Part shown: one piece after another, positions 8,543 through 19,022 of the stretch | Numbering within the stretch: position 1 is the first letter of the stretch | Layout: each line of letters begins with the position of its first letter | Assembly (NCBI GenBank): GCA_965247095.1 | Contig: OZ251997.1 | Coordinates: 3,776,001-3,840,000 of the forward strand | DNA length: 64,000 nucleotides | Reading direction: 5' to 3' | Source of the DNA: Candidatus Multivorans sp. | GTDB lineage: Bacteria; Acidobacteriota; Thermoanaerobaculia; Multivoradales; Multivoraceae | Notes under the pieces: model-generated | Seen by the model: the letters and a program-made list of their open reading frames with translations, nothing else | The model's database searches: none | What the model was told of the DNA's origin: nothing | Program-made: the position numbers and the translations under genes

Positions 8543-9802
8543 TCAGGTCAGCGCCGGGTAGACGATCGACTTGAGCTGGCCGCGGAAGTTGAACGTGCCC
8601 GACATCCAGAACTGGACCATGAAGATGACGATCAGGTCCTCCTTCGGATCGATCCAGAAGGCGGTGCTGGCGGCCCCGCCCCAGCCGTACTCGCCGACGG
8701 ACCCGATCGTCTGGGCGACGGCAAGGTCGAGCGTGACGGAGACGCCAAGGCCGAAGCCGACGCCCTCGTAGGTCGTCTCGCTGAAGGCGCCGACCGCCAG
8801 CTCGGTCAGGTCGCGGCCGCCAGGGAGGTGATTCATCGTCATCAGTTCCACCGTCTTGCGGCCGAGGATGCGCACGCCCTCCAGGCTTCCGCCGTTCAGC
8901 ATCATCTGGCAGAACCGGTAGTAGTCGTGCGCCGTCGATACCAGGCCGCCGCCGCCCGAGAAGAAGGTGACTTCGTCGGTGTAGTGACTTGCCAGCGGAT
9001 CGTCGAGCACGACCAGCTTCTTGTTCCGGTCGCGGCGGTAGTTGGCCGCGAAGCGGTCGATCTTGGACGCGGGTACGGCGAACCCCGTGTCGACCATGCC
9101 CAGGGGCCCTGTGATGTGCTCCTGCAGGTACTCGTCGTACGGCTGCCCGGAGAGCACCTCGACCAGATAGGCGAGCACGTCCGTCGCCACGGAGTAGTTC
9201 CATGCCTCGCCGGGGGAGAACTCGAGGGGTTGTTCGGCGAGCTGCTCGATCATCTGCTGCAGGCTGCCGCCTACCGGTGGCCCGCCGACGCCGAGCTCGC
9301 GGTACGCGGCGTCCACGTTCGTGCGCTCCATGAAGCCGTAGGTGAGGCCGGACTGGTGGGTGAAGAGGTCGCGGATCGTCATCGGTCGCTCTGTGGGCCG
9401 GGTCAGGAAGTGCGGGTGATTGCCGCTCTGGAACACCCGCAGGTTCCGCCACTCGGGGATGAACTTGTGGACCGGATCGTCGAGCTGGAAGTGGCCCTGC
9501 TCGTAGAGCTGCAGCAGCGCTACCGAAGTGATCGGCTTGGTCATCGAGTAGATGCGGAAGATCGTGTCGGGCTGCATGGGCCGCCCGCGCTCTCGGTCCA
9601 TCAGACCCTGGGCCGACAGGTACGCGGGCTTGCCGCCGCGGGCGACCAGGGTGAGGCAGCCGGCGATCTTCTCGGGCGCCAGGTAACGCCGTCGAAGGTG
9701 CTCGTCGATGCGCGACAACTGAGCGGCGCTGAGGCCGACATCTTCAGGGACAGCGAGGTCGAGTCGGGAGGGAGCGGTGACCAGGGCGGGACGGGCCGGC
9801 AT
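8543..9802 (-). CDS. Serine hydrolase, beta-lactamase/class C esterase family
   Basis: FRIYSMTKP (SxxK), LFTHQSGL, PGEAWNYS, YGWGGAAST. Confidence 0.9.
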   Translation of the reverse strand: MPARPALVTAPSRLDLAVPEDVGLSAAQLSRIDEHLRRRYLAPEKIAGCLTLVARGGKPAYLSAQGLMDRERGRPMQPDTIFRIYSMTKPITSVALLQLYEQGHFQLDDPVHKFIPEWRNLRVFQSGNHPHFLTRPTERPMTIRDLFTHQSGLTYGFMERTNVDAAYRELGVGGPPVGGSLQQMIEQLAEQPLEFSPGEAWNYSVATDVLAYLVEVLSGQPYDEYLQEHITGPLGMVDTGFAVPASKIDRFAANYRRDRNKKLVVLDDPLASHYTDEVTFFSGGGGLVSTAHDYYRFCQMMLNGGSLEGVRILGRKTVELMTMNHLPGGRDLTELAVGAFSETTYEGVGFGLGVSVTLDLAVAQTIGSVGEYGWGGAASTAFWIDPKEDLIVIFMVQFWMSGTFNFRGQLKSIVYPALT

Positions 9803-9940
9803 GATGGGAATCCTCTGAGGATCTGATGGTCGCGGGACGGTGGACGGCGCGGCGATCTTTGCAGATCGCGCCGCAGTGGAAGTTCCTCCCACGGTCGAGT
9901 TGCATCCTTCCGGCGGCGGCCCGCATACAATCGCGCAGCC

Positions 9941-10756
9941 GTGGCCGAACCCTTAGCCTCCTCGCAGCCGGTCTCGACCTGTCTCGAGATCAGCGGGCTC
10001 ACTCTGTCCTTCGGCGGCGTACGCGCGCTCGACGATGTCGCTCTGGACGTGCGTCACGGCGAGGTGTTCGCGATCATCGGGCCGAACGGCGCCGGCAAGA
10101 CGTCGCTGCTCAACTCGATCAGCGGTCTCTACCGTCCGCAGCAGGGAACGATCACCTACTCCGCGTCACCGGGTGAGGCGCCCGTGTCCCTACTCGGCCG
10201 GGCGCCCCACAGGGTCGCGCAGCTCGGGGTCGCCCGCTCGTTCCAGAACATCGAGCTCTTCCGCGCCATGACGGTGCTCGAGAACCTGATGCTGGGGCGG
10301 CACATCCACATGCGCGGCAACGTGCTGACCTGCGGCATCTACTTTGGCTCGCAGCGCCGGGAGGAGATCGAGCACCGCGCCGCGGTCGAGGACGTGATCG
10401 ACTTTCTGGAGATCGAGAACCTCCGCCACCAGGCGGTCGGCACGCTCGCCTACGGCCTGCAGAAACGGGTCGAACTCGCCCGGGCGCTGGCGCTCGACCC
10501 CAAACTCCTGCTGCTGGATGAACCGATGGCGGGGATGAACATCGAGGAGAAGGAGGACATGGCGCGCTTCGTCCTCGACGTGAACGAAGAACGGGGCGTG
10601 ACGACCGTGCTTATCGAGCACGACATGAGCGTGGTCATGGACCTCTCCGACCGGGTCGCCGTGCTCGACTTCGGCCGCTCGATCGCCTGTGGCTCGCCGG
10701 ACCATGTGCGTGCCGATCCGGAAGTGATTCGCGCCTATCTGGGAGGTTCCCAGTGA
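9941..10756 (+). CDS. Liv-type ABC transporter ATP-binding protein (LivG-like)
   Basis: GPNGAGKT, LLLLDEP, IEHDM. Confidence 0.92.
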   Translation: MAEPLASSQPVSTCLEISGLTLSFGGVRALDDVALDVRHGEVFAIIGPNGAGKTSLLNSISGLYRPQQGTITYSASPGEAPVSLLGRAPHRVAQLGVARSFQNIELFRAMTVLENLMLGRHIHMRGNVLTCGIYFGSQRREEIEHRAAVEDVIDFLEIENLRHQAVGTLAYGLQKRVELARALALDPKLLLLDEPMAGMNIEEKEDMARFVLDVNEERGVTTVLIEHDMSVVMDLSDRVAVLDFGRSIACGSPDHVRADPEVIRAYLGGSQ

Positions 10757-12702
10757 GCTCGCCGGGCACCCTGCCGCGGGACGCGGACACGCTGCCGAAG
10801 TTGCTGCTGGGGAACGCCCGGGAGCGCGGCGACGAGGTCGCTCTGCGGGAGAAGGAGTTCGGCATCTGGCAGAGCTTGACCTGGACCGAGTACGCCGAAC
10901 GGGTGCGGAACTTCGCTCGCGGTCTCGTCGAGCTCGGCTTGAAGAAGGGCGAGATCGTGGCGGTGCTGGGCGACAATCGTCCGGAGTGGTTGATCGCGCA
11001 GCTCGCGGCGCAGTCGATTGGCGCCCGGTCCCTCGGCGTGTACCAGGATTCGGTCGCGGTCGAAGTCCGTTACCTGATGGAGTTCTCCGGCGCCCGGTTC
11101 GTGATCGCCGAGGACCAGGAGCAGGTCGACAAGCTGCTGGAAGTCTGGGACGAGTTGAGCGGCAGCGACGGGAGTGGCGACCACGCGGTAACCAAAGTCA
11201 TCTACTACGACCCACGCGGACTCGGTTCCTACCCACACGACTTCCTGCTCGGCTTTCCCGCAGTGGAGGAGATCGGACGGTCCGGCGGGAGCAGCACCGA
11301 AGCCGACTTCGAGAGTTGGGTCGCGGCGACCGAAGCCGACGACGTGGCTCTGCTCTCGACGACTTCCGGCACCACGGGCAAGCCGAAGCTGGCGATGCTG
11401 TCCCATCGGAATCTGCTGACCATGGCGCACAGCTTCAACGGCATCGACCCGATGCAGAGCGACGACGAGTTCGTGTCCTTCCTGCCCCTGGCCTGGATCG
11501 GCGAACAGATGATCGGCGCCGCCTGTGGGCTGCTGGTCGGTTTCTCCCTGAACTTCCCGGAGGAGCCGGAGACGGTGCAGCAGGACATTCGCGAGATCGG
11601 ACCGCACACGATGTTCTCGCCGCCGCGCATCTGGGAGAACATGGTCTCCGACGTCCAGGTCCGGATCGAGGACTCGTCGTGGCTCAAGCGGAAGGTCTAC
11701 AACTGGGCGCTCGATGTCGGTTACCGCTCCGCCGACACCCTGCTCGAACACGGCAGCCAACCAGCGCTCCTCGCCTTCAAGCGCACGCTGGCGAACTCGT
11801 TCTGCTTCTTCTGGCTGCGCGACAAGCTGGGCCTCAGGAGAATCCGGCGCGCCTACACAGGCGGCGCCGCTTTGGGGCCGGACATCTTCCGTTTCTTCCA
11901 TGCCATCGGCGTGAACCTGAAGCAGATCTACGGCCAGACCGAGGTCTCGGGCATCTCGGTCGTCCACCGTGACGACGACATCAAGTTCCATACGGTGGGC
12001 ACGCCGGTCCCCGGTATGGAGGTCCGCCTCGGCGAGGGCGGCGAGATCCTGACCAGAAGCCCGTCCGTGTTCCTGGGCTACTACAACAACGAGGAGGCCA
12101 CGGGGGAAGCGCTCCGAGACGGCTGGCTCTACTCCGGTGACGCCGGCTACATGGACGACGACGGGCACCTGATCGTCATCGACCGCAAGAAGGACGTGAT
12201 GGAGCTGCACGACGGCACCCAGTTCTCGCCGCAGTTCATCGAGAACAAGCTGAAGTTCAGCCCCTACATCAAGGAGGCGGTCGTGTTCGGCGGCGGCGAC
12301 TACCCGTTCGTGACTTCCCTGGTCACGATCGACTTCGCCAACGCGGGCAAATGGGCGGAACGCCGTCAAATCCCCTACACGACCTTCACCGACCTGGCGC
12401 AGAAGCCCGAGATCTACGAACTTGCGTTGGAGCACACGGCGCGCGTCAACGCCGATCTGCCCGAGTCGGCCCGTATCCAGCGGCTCCTGCTGTTGCACAA
12501 GGAACTCGACGCGGACGACGAGGAGCTGACCCGCACCCGCAAGGTGCGGCGCCGTTTCATCGCCGATCGCTATCGCCTGCTCGTCGACGCGCTATACGGC
12601 GGCAAGGACGCGGTGGAGATCGAGAACCAGATCACCTACCAGGACGGCACGACGGCCATTCTGCGGACCCGGCTGCGGATCGCCGCACCCGCGAGCGCGT
12701 AG
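10753..12702 (+). CDS. Long-chain acyl-CoA synthetase (AMP-binding)
   Basis: TTSGTTGKPK, YGQTE, GWLYSGDAG, IDRKKD. Confidence 0.92.
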   Translation: MSSPGTLPRDADTLPKLLLGNARERGDEVALREKEFGIWQSLTWTEYAERVRNFARGLVELGLKKGEIVAVLGDNRPEWLIAQLAAQSIGARSLGVYQDSVAVEVRYLMEFSGARFVIAEDQEQVDKLLEVWDELSGSDGSGDHAVTKVIYYDPRGLGSYPHDFLLGFPAVEEIGRSGGSSTEADFESWVAATEADDVALLSTTSGTTGKPKLAMLSHRNLLTMAHSFNGIDPMQSDDEFVSFLPLAWIGEQMIGAACGLLVGFSLNFPEEPETVQQDIREIGPHTMFSPPRIWENMVSDVQVRIEDSSWLKRKVYNWALDVGYRSADTLLEHGSQPALLAFKRTLANSFCFFWLRDKLGLRRIRRAYTGGAALGPDIFRFFHAIGVNLKQIYGQTEVSGISVVHRDDDIKFHTVGTPVPGMEVRLGEGGEILTRSPSVFLGYYNNEEATGEALRDGWLYSGDAGYMDDDGHLIVIDRKKDVMELHDGTQFSPQFIENKLKFSPYIKEAVVFGGGDYPFVTSLVTIDFANAGKWAERRQIPYTTFTDLAQKPEIYELALEHTARVNADLPESARIQRLLLLHKELDADDEELTRTRKVRRRFIADRYRLLVDALYGGKDAVEIENQITYQDGTTAILRTRLRIAAPASA

Positions 12703-12720
12703 CGTCCGAGGATCCCGACG

Positions 12721-13599
12721 ATGCAAGGCGACGTCTTCCTTCAGCTCACGGTTTCCGGCCTCTCGAACGGCATGGTCTACGCCCTGGTCGCGGTCGGCTT
12801 CGTCGTCATCTACAAGGCGAGCGACGTGATCAACTTCGCGCAGGGCGAGTTCCTTCTCTTCGGCGCCTACCTTGCGTTCGCCTTCATCGGCCAGTTCGGG
12901 CTGCCCTGGAGCGTTGGTGTGTTGGCGACCCTGCTCTCCGCCGCAATGATCGGCCTGATCGTGGAGCGGCTCGTCCTGCGGCCGCTGATCGGCGAGCCGG
13001 TGATCTCGATGATCATGGTCACGATCGGTCTGTCGAGTCTGCTGCGCGCAGTGATCAACGGCATCTGGGGAGCGCGGCCCAGGGCCTTCCCGAACTTCAT
13101 CCCCGAGGGCGAGGTCGAGTTCTTCGGCGCCGTGGTTGGCATCGACCGGTTGCTGGTCATCGGCATTGCCGGTGTCCTGCTCGCGGTTTTGACTCTCTTC
13201 TTCCGGCACACGCGGGACGGGATCGCGATGCGTGCGATCGCCGACGACCAGCAGGCGGCTCTGTCGATGGGCATCAGCATCAAGCGCGTGCTGGCGGTGG
13301 CATGGGCGATGGCGGCAATCACCGCGGCGGTCGCCGGCATCGTGCTGGCGAACACCGTCGGTGTCAGCCACGACATCATCTTCATCGGCCTGCGCGTGTT
13401 TCCGGTGGTCATCCTCGGTGGCCTCGACTCGGTTCCCGGCGCGATCGTCGGCGGCGCCGCGATCGGGTTGCTCGAGGCCTACACCGCCGGGTACACGACC
13501 TCCGGGTTGGAGCTCATCGTCCCGTACATCGTGCTGATCCTGGTGCTGATGGTCCGCCCCTACGGCCTGTTCGGCAAGGAGATCATCGAGAGGGTCTAG
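12721..13599 (+). CDS. Liv-type ABC permease (LivH-like)
   Basis: INFAQGE, VILGGLDS, RPYGLFG; multiple TM helices. Confidence 0.92.
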   Translation: MQGDVFLQLTVSGLSNGMVYALVAVGFVVIYKASDVINFAQGEFLLFGAYLAFAFIGQFGLPWSVGVLATLLSAAMIGLIVERLVLRPLIGEPVISMIMVTIGLSSLLRAVINGIWGARPRAFPNFIPEGEVEFFGAVVGIDRLLVIGIAGVLLAVLTLFFRHTRDGIAMRAIADDQQAALSMGISIKRVLAVAWAMAAITAAVAGIVLANTVGVSHDIIFIGLRVFPVVILGGLDSVPGAIVGGAAIGLLEAYTAGYTTSGLELIVPYIVLILVLMVRPYGLFGKEIIERV

Positions 13600-13657
13600 C
13601 CGCGGGCCGCGCCGGACAACGACGCGTACAGCACCGCTCAACCCTCCTTCACCCACC

Positions 13658-14701
13658 ATGGAATCCGGAATCTTCTTCAGCGACTACCGCTCGGACATGT
13701 CCCTGCGGCGAATGCCCTTGCAGAAGGTGCGGACGGGACTGCTTCTGGTCGGGCTCCTCGTGTTTCCGTTCCTGGCCTCGCCGTACTGGCTTCACCTGGC
13801 CAATCAGATCGCCATCGCCACGATCGGCGCGATCGGCCTGAACATTCTGGTCGGTTACACGGGCCAGATCTCGCTCGGCCAGGGCGCGTTCATGGCGATC
13901 GGCGCCTATGGCGCCGGCCTTCTGACCGTCCGGCTCGGGGTACCGTTCTACATCAGTATTCCGGCCGCGGCTCTGATCACCGCCGTTGCCGGTCTGGTCG
14001 TCGGTTTGCCTTCGCTGCGGCTCAAGGGGCTCTACCTGGCTGTGGCCACCCTGGCCGCGCAGCAGATCGTTGAGTTCGTGGTCACGCATTGGGACGGGCT
14101 CACCGGCGGTACGGAGGCTCTGGTCGTGCCGGCGCCCGAACTGTTCGGCGCTCGCCTGAACACCGACGGGCGCTTCTACTGGATCCTGGTCGTCATCGCT
14201 CTGGCGGTCGCGCTCTTCACTGCGAATCTGTTTCGCTCGCGGGTGGGTCGAGCCTGGGTGGCGATCCGGGACCAGGACATCGCGGCTTCGGCGATCGGCG
14301 TCAACGTCTTCGGCTACAAGCTGCTCGCCTTCGCCACGTCGTCCTTCCTGGTCGGGCTCTCCGGCGCCTTGCTCGCCCACTACCGCTCGATCGTCACCTG
14401 GGAGCGGTTCACGATCGAGGTCTCCATTTCCTACCTCGCGATGATCATCATCGGCGGCCTGGGGACGATCTCCGGTTCTTTCTTCGGCGCCACGCTCATC
14501 GTCCTGCTCCCGGCAGTGATCAACACCGTGGGCCGTTCGTTGCAGGACACAGCGCCCTGGGCGGCCACGGTCCTGCCGTACGTCCAGCAGGGCGTCTTCG
14601 GCCTGGTGATCATCCTCTTCCTGGTGCTCGAACCGGAGGGCCTCGCCAAGCTCTGGCGCAACGTGAAGGACTACTTCCGCGTCTGGCCGTTCTCCTACTG
14701 A
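13658..14701 (+). CDS. Liv-type ABC permease (LivM-like)
   Basis: GYTGQISLGQGAF, LRLKGLYLAVATLA, IIIGGLG. Confidence 0.92.
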   Translation: MESGIFFSDYRSDMSLRRMPLQKVRTGLLLVGLLVFPFLASPYWLHLANQIAIATIGAIGLNILVGYTGQISLGQGAFMAIGAYGAGLLTVRLGVPFYISIPAAALITAVAGLVVGLPSLRLKGLYLAVATLAAQQIVEFVVTHWDGLTGGTEALVVPAPELFGARLNTDGRFYWILVVIALAVALFTANLFRSRVGRAWVAIRDQDIAASAIGVNVFGYKLLAFATSSFLVGLSGALLAHYRSIVTWERFTIEVSISYLAMIIIGGLGTISGSFFGATLIVLLPAVINTVGRSLQDTAPWAATVLPYVQQGVFGLVIILFLVLEPEGLAKLWRNVKDYFRVWPFSY

Positions 14702-14803
14702 GTTCCGAGGGTCGGCGGCGCGCCGGCGCGGGCGATATGATCCGCTGGTTGCTCAGAGGCCACACTTGGGCTGCCCGGGGGCCCGTTTCAGGAGACATTC
14801 ACC

Positions 14804-16003
14804 ATGACCCGTCTCGCTTCCGTTGCTGTTCTTTCCCTGCTGCTGCTTGCCGCCTGCGGAGGCGGCGAACCGGTCGACGAGGCGACCGCCCCGATCAAGA
14901 TCGGCGCGATCTTCGATCTGACGGGTCCGACCTCGGACGTGGGCACGATGTACGCCGAGGCAATCCGCGACTACTACGACTGGCTCAACGAGCGCGGCGG
15001 TATCGGCGGTCGCCCTGTCGAGCTGATGTGGAACGACTACGGTTACGACGTGGCGAGGGCCGAACAGCTCTACTCCGAGTTCGTGCAGGCCGGGGCCGTG
15101 ATGTTCATGGGTTGGGGCACTGGTGACACGGAGGCCCTGAAAGGGAGGATCGCGGACGACCGAATCCCCTTCGTGTCCGCCTCGTTCTCGCACGTGCTGG
15201 GCGACCCGGCCGAGGCGCCGTACAACTTCCTCGTCGGCACCACCTACAGCGACCAGTTGTTCATCCTGCTCGACTACCTCATGGAGCAGGCGCAGGCCAC
15301 AGGAGGCGAGAAGCCGAACGTGGCGCTTATGCATCACGCGAGTCCGTTCGGTCTCTCCCCGTGGCGCCAGGGAGGCGAGGAGTACGCGATGCAGTTGGGC
15401 ATCGAGATGGCGCCACACGAGATGGCGCGCGGCAACACGGACTTCAGCGCCACACTGACCCGGATTGCCGAGTCCGGCGCCAACTGGGTCGTGTTCCAGA
15501 ACACGTCGAATCCGGCGTCGGTGGCGATCAAGAACGCGCGGGATCTCGGCCTCGACCTGCGCTTCGCCTGCCTGAACTACTGCAGCAACGAGGTGTTGGT
15601 GGAACTCGCGGGCGAGGCCGCGAACGGCGTCCTCGGGTCGATCATCTACTCGCCGCCCGGTGAGGGCATCGACGGCCTGAACGATGCCGCCGAATACCTC
15701 GCGGCACAGGGCGGATCGATCGACGAGGAGGGCCTGCTCTACGGCCAGGGTTGGACGGTGGCCAGCTTCGTGACGGAAGCCATCGAGCGCGCCGAGGCGA
15801 CGGGCGAGATTAGCGGCGAGGCCATCCACGCTGCGTTCGAGACCTTCGACGGTCTCGAATCCGGTGGTGTGACGGTTCCGGTCACCTTCACCGCCACCGA
15901 CCATCGCGGCGTCAAGGGCATGCGGATCTTCGAGGTCCGGGACGGCAAGTGGCAGCCGGTTACGGAGATGCGAGTGGCCGCCAGCCCGGAGGCGGCGGGG
16001 TAG
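14804..16003 (+). CDS. ABC substrate-binding lipoprotein (LivJ/K fold)
   Basis: Lipobox LAAC; IKIGAIFDLTGPTS; NERGGIGGRPVEL. Confidence 0.9.
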   Translation: MTRLASVAVLSLLLLAACGGGEPVDEATAPIKIGAIFDLTGPTSDVGTMYAEAIRDYYDWLNERGGIGGRPVELMWNDYGYDVARAEQLYSEFVQAGAVMFMGWGTGDTEALKGRIADDRIPFVSASFSHVLGDPAEAPYNFLVGTTYSDQLFILLDYLMEQAQATGGEKPNVALMHHASPFGLSPWRQGGEEYAMQLGIEMAPHEMARGNTDFSATLTRIAESGANWVVFQNTSNPASVAIKNARDLGLDLRFACLNYCSNEVLVELAGEAANGVLGSIIYSPPGEGIDGLNDAAEYLAAQGGSIDEEGLLYGQGWTVASFVTEAIERAEATGEISGEAIHAAFETFDGLESGGVTVPVTFTATDHRGVKGMRIFEVRDGKWQPVTEMRVAASPEAAG

Positions 16004-16075
16004 AGCCAGCCGCACTCCGGGCGGCTGGTGGGCGACCCCGACCGACGCCGGGTTCGCCCCCCTCCCAGTCAAGCC

Positions 16076-16870
16076 ATGCTCTCCCTGAACAACGTCGAAG
16101 TCATCTACAACGACGTCATCCTCGTTCTCAAGGGGCTCTCGCTCAAGGTGGAACAGGGCCAGATCGCGGCGCTGCTGGGCACCAACGGGGCCGGCAAGTC
16201 GACGACGCTCAAGGCGATATCCGGGCTGCTTCACCCCGAGGACGGCGAGGTCACCGATGGCAGCGTCGAGTTCGAGGGCGAGCAGATCGACAAGCTGCCG
16301 GCCGAGGACATCGTGCGGCGCGGGATCTTCCAGGTCATGGAGGGGCGCCGGGTGTTCGAGCACCTGACGCCGCAGGAGAACCTGCTTGCCGGCGCCTACA
16401 CCGCTCGGGACAAGGGCGGGGTCGCCGAGTCGCTGGATCGCGTGTACAGCTACTTCCCGCGCCTCAAAGAGCGCGGCGCGTCGATGGCTGGTTTCCTCTC
16501 AGGCGGCGAGCAGCAGATGCTGGCGATCGGAAGGGCACTGATGGCCCAGCCGAAGCTCATGCTCCTCGACGAACCGTCGTTGGGGTTGGCGCCGTTGCTG
16601 GTCCAGGAGATCTTCGAGATCGTTCAGCGCATCAACCGGGAACGGGGAACCACGATCCTCCTGGTCGAACAGAACGCGGCGCGCGCCCTGGAGATCGCCC
16701 ACTACGGCTACATCATGGAAGGCGGCCGGGTGGTGCTCGAGGGAACGCCGGCGGAACTCCAGGACAACGCCGACGTCAAGGAGTTCTACCTGGGGCTGAC
16801 CCAGGTCGGGCAGAGGAAGAGCTACCGCGATGTGAAGCACTACCGGCGCCGCAAGCGCTGGTTGTCCTAG
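16076..16870 (+). CDS. Liv-type ABC transporter ATP-binding protein (LivF-like)
   Basis: GTNGAGKST, LSGGEQQMLAIGRAL, LLDEPSLGL, VEQN. Confidence 0.92.
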   Translation: MLSLNNVEVIYNDVILVLKGLSLKVEQGQIAALLGTNGAGKSTTLKAISGLLHPEDGEVTDGSVEFEGEQIDKLPAEDIVRRGIFQVMEGRRVFEHLTPQENLLAGAYTARDKGGVAESLDRVYSYFPRLKERGASMAGFLSGGEQQMLAIGRALMAQPKLMLLDEPSLGLAPLLVQEIFEIVQRINRERGTTILLVEQNAARALEIAHYGYIMEGGRVVLEGTPAELQDNADVKEFYLGLTQVGQRKSYRDVKHYRRRKRWLS

Positions 16871-17640
16871 TCGCCGGCGGGCGGATCTTCTTCGATCGCT
16901 TCTTCGATCTCGCGCAGCCTTTCGCTGAGTTCGCGCCGCGCGTCGGCCGCGAACGGGTTCTCCCGGGCGATGGTCAGGAAGAGATCGTCGGAGTCGTGCC
17001 GGAGGTTCTCCTCGATCTTCATCATGTGCCGGTAGGCGACGGTGCCGAGGGCGGGGTCAGGGACGTGGATCTCGCGTAGCGCCTTCGCCATCCAATGGGT
17101 CAGTCCCTGAATGTAGGCCATCTCCACGTCGTGTTGCTCGGCCGACATTTCGAACACTTCCAACCCGAGGTCGGCCTCAAGAAACCCCCGCACGGCCCCG
17201 ACCCGATGCGGATCGACCGCACGGTCCGGAAGGCAGAGCACGACTTTCAGACCGCGGATGCCACGGCGACCGCTCTCGGGGCCGAACATCGGGTGCGTGC
17301 CGACGAACTGGACGCCCGGGGGCAGCAGCCGGTCGAGAATCTCCTGCGGTTTGATCTTCACCGACGCCACGTCGACGACCAGGCAGTCCGGCTTCAGGTG
17401 GGGCGTCAGCCGCTCGACCAGTGGTTCGAGGTCCTGCACCGGCACCGCCGGGATCACCACATCACAGCCGGCACAGCCTTCGAGGCTGGTCCACGGGAGT
17501 CCGAGCGCAGCCGCTTCCGGTTCGAGGTCGCGACGGTCCCACACCTGGACCTCGAAGCGGGGACCGAGGTGGGCGGCCAGGAAACCGCCAAAGCTGCCAA
17601 GACCGACGATTCCGATCGTCCTTGCCCAGCAGCCCTGCAC
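16867..17640 (-). CDS. Prephenate/arogenate dehydrogenase family protein
   Basis: GIVGLGSFG Rossmann motif; DVASVK; HPMFGP; EQHD...IQGLTH. Confidence 0.87.
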   Translation of the reverse strand: MQGCWARTIGIVGLGSFGGFLAAHLGPRFEVQVWDRRDLEPEAAALGLPWTSLEGCAGCDVVIPAVPVQDLEPLVERLTPHLKPDCLVVDVASVKIKPQEILDRLLPPGVQFVGTHPMFGPESGRRGIRGLKVVLCLPDRAVDPHRVGAVRGFLEADLGLEVFEMSAEQHDVEMAYIQGLTHWMAKALREIHVPDPALGTVAYRHMMKIEENLRHDSDDLFLTIARENPFAADARRELSERLREIEEAIEEDPPAGD

Positions 17641-17735
17641 CGTCGGCAGACTAGCAGTCCGTGGCTAGAGTGGCGTATCGGGCCTGACCCGCGTTCCCCT
17701 ACAATCGCGGGCCTACTGGAGAAAGGGGAAACGGG

Positions 17736-19022
17736 ATGTCGCCTAGAACCGGCGCCTTGGTGGGCGCTCTAGTGGCCGTCGCGGTGAGCTATGGTTCACC
17801 GCCCGTGGCCTACGCCGAAGACGAGCGCGCCAGCCGGGAGCATGTGCTGGGCCTGCTCCGGGAAGTGCCGTTGATCGACGGACACAACGATGTGCCCTGG
17901 CAGTACCGGACCCGGGTCGCGAATCACCTCGACCGGATCGACTTTCGCGATACGTCGTCGCTCGAGCCGCCGATGCACACCGATCTCGCGCGCCTGCGCC
18001 AGGGGGGAGTCGGCGCCCAGTTCTGGTCGGTCTACATCCCGACCTCCTTTGGCCGGCCGGGCGCGGCACGCGTCGTGTTCGAACAGGTCGATCTGACCAA
18101 GCGCCTGATCGAGCGGTACCCCGCCGACCTGGAACTGGCCTTGACGGCCGATGACATCGAGCGGATCCACGGCGCCGGCAAGGTCGCGTCACTGCTCGGC
18201 GCCGAAGGCGGGCACTCGATCGAGTCGTCTCTGGGGGTGCTGCGCCAGCTCTACGCCAGCGGCGTTCGCTACATGACCCTGACCCACGGCAGCAACGCGG
18301 CGTGGGCCGACTCCGCCACGGACCGGCCGGTGCACGGCGGGCTTACAGCCTTCGGCCGCCAGGTCGTGCGGGAGATGAACCGCCTGGGGATGCTGGTCGA
18401 CCTCTCCCATGTGTCGCCGCAGACGATGCACCAGGCGCTGGACGAGACGCAGGCGCCGGTCATCTTCTCCCATTCCTCGGCGTTCGCGGTCACGGCCAGC
18501 CCGCGCAACGTTCCCGACGACGTGCTGCGGCGGCTCGCGGAGAACGGGGGTGTCGCGATGGTCACCTTCGTGCCGTCCTTCGTCAACAACGGTGTACGCG
18601 CGTACTTCCGGCGTATGGACGCGGAGCGCCTCCGCCTCTCGGGGGCGGGCGTGGCGCCGGCCGAACTCCGCGGGCATCTCGAAGCCTGGCGCCGCGAGAA
18701 CCCCGGGCCGCAGGCTTCGCTAGGCGACGTGGCGGACCACATCGACCACATCCGGGCTTTGATCGGAACCGCCCACTTGGGGCTGGGTTCGGACTTCGAC
18801 GGCATCCCCACCGTGCCAGTCGGGCTCGAGGATGCCTCCACGTTCCCCGATCTCCTGGTCGAACTGGTTCGCCGGGGATACAGCGACGAGGAGTTGAAGG
18901 ACATCGCGGGACGCAGCTTCCTGCGCGCGATGCGCGGCGCGGAGGAGGCTGCCCGTGACCTGCAGGCCTCGGAGTCCGCGGCCGACGACCTGATTGAAGA
19001 AGTGGATGGTGGCAATGTCTGA
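17736..19022 (+). CDS. Membrane dipeptidase (peptidase M19)
   Basis: Signal peptide; IDGHND, EGGH, VDLSH, FSHS, GSDFDG. Confidence 0.93.
   Translation: MSPRTGALVGALVAVAVSYGSPPVAYAEDERASREHVLGLLREVPLIDGHNDVPWQYRTRVANHLDRIDFRDTSSLEPPMHTDLARLRQGGVGAQFWSVYIPTSFGRPGAARVVFEQVDLTKRLIERYPADLELALTADDIERIHGAGKVASLLGAEGGHSIESSLGVLRQLYASGVRYMTLTHGSNAAWADSATDRPVHGGLTAFGRQVVREMNRLGMLVDLSHVSPQTMHQALDETQAPVIFSHSSAFAVTASPRNVPDDVLRRLAENGGVAMVTFVPSFVNNGVRAYFRRMDAERLRLSGAGVAPAELRGHLEAWRRENPGPQASLGDVADHIDHIRALIGTAHLGLGSDFDGIPTVPVGLEDASTFPDLLVELVRRGYSDEELKDIAGRSFLRAMRGAEEAARDLQASESAADDLIEEVDGGNV

Noticed and set aside
10735-12498. Long antisense ORFs here and at 26136-27761, 48872-50512 and 58088-60442
   Set aside because: Typical stop-poor shadow frames opposite well-supported genes in high-GC DNA, with no recognisable motifs
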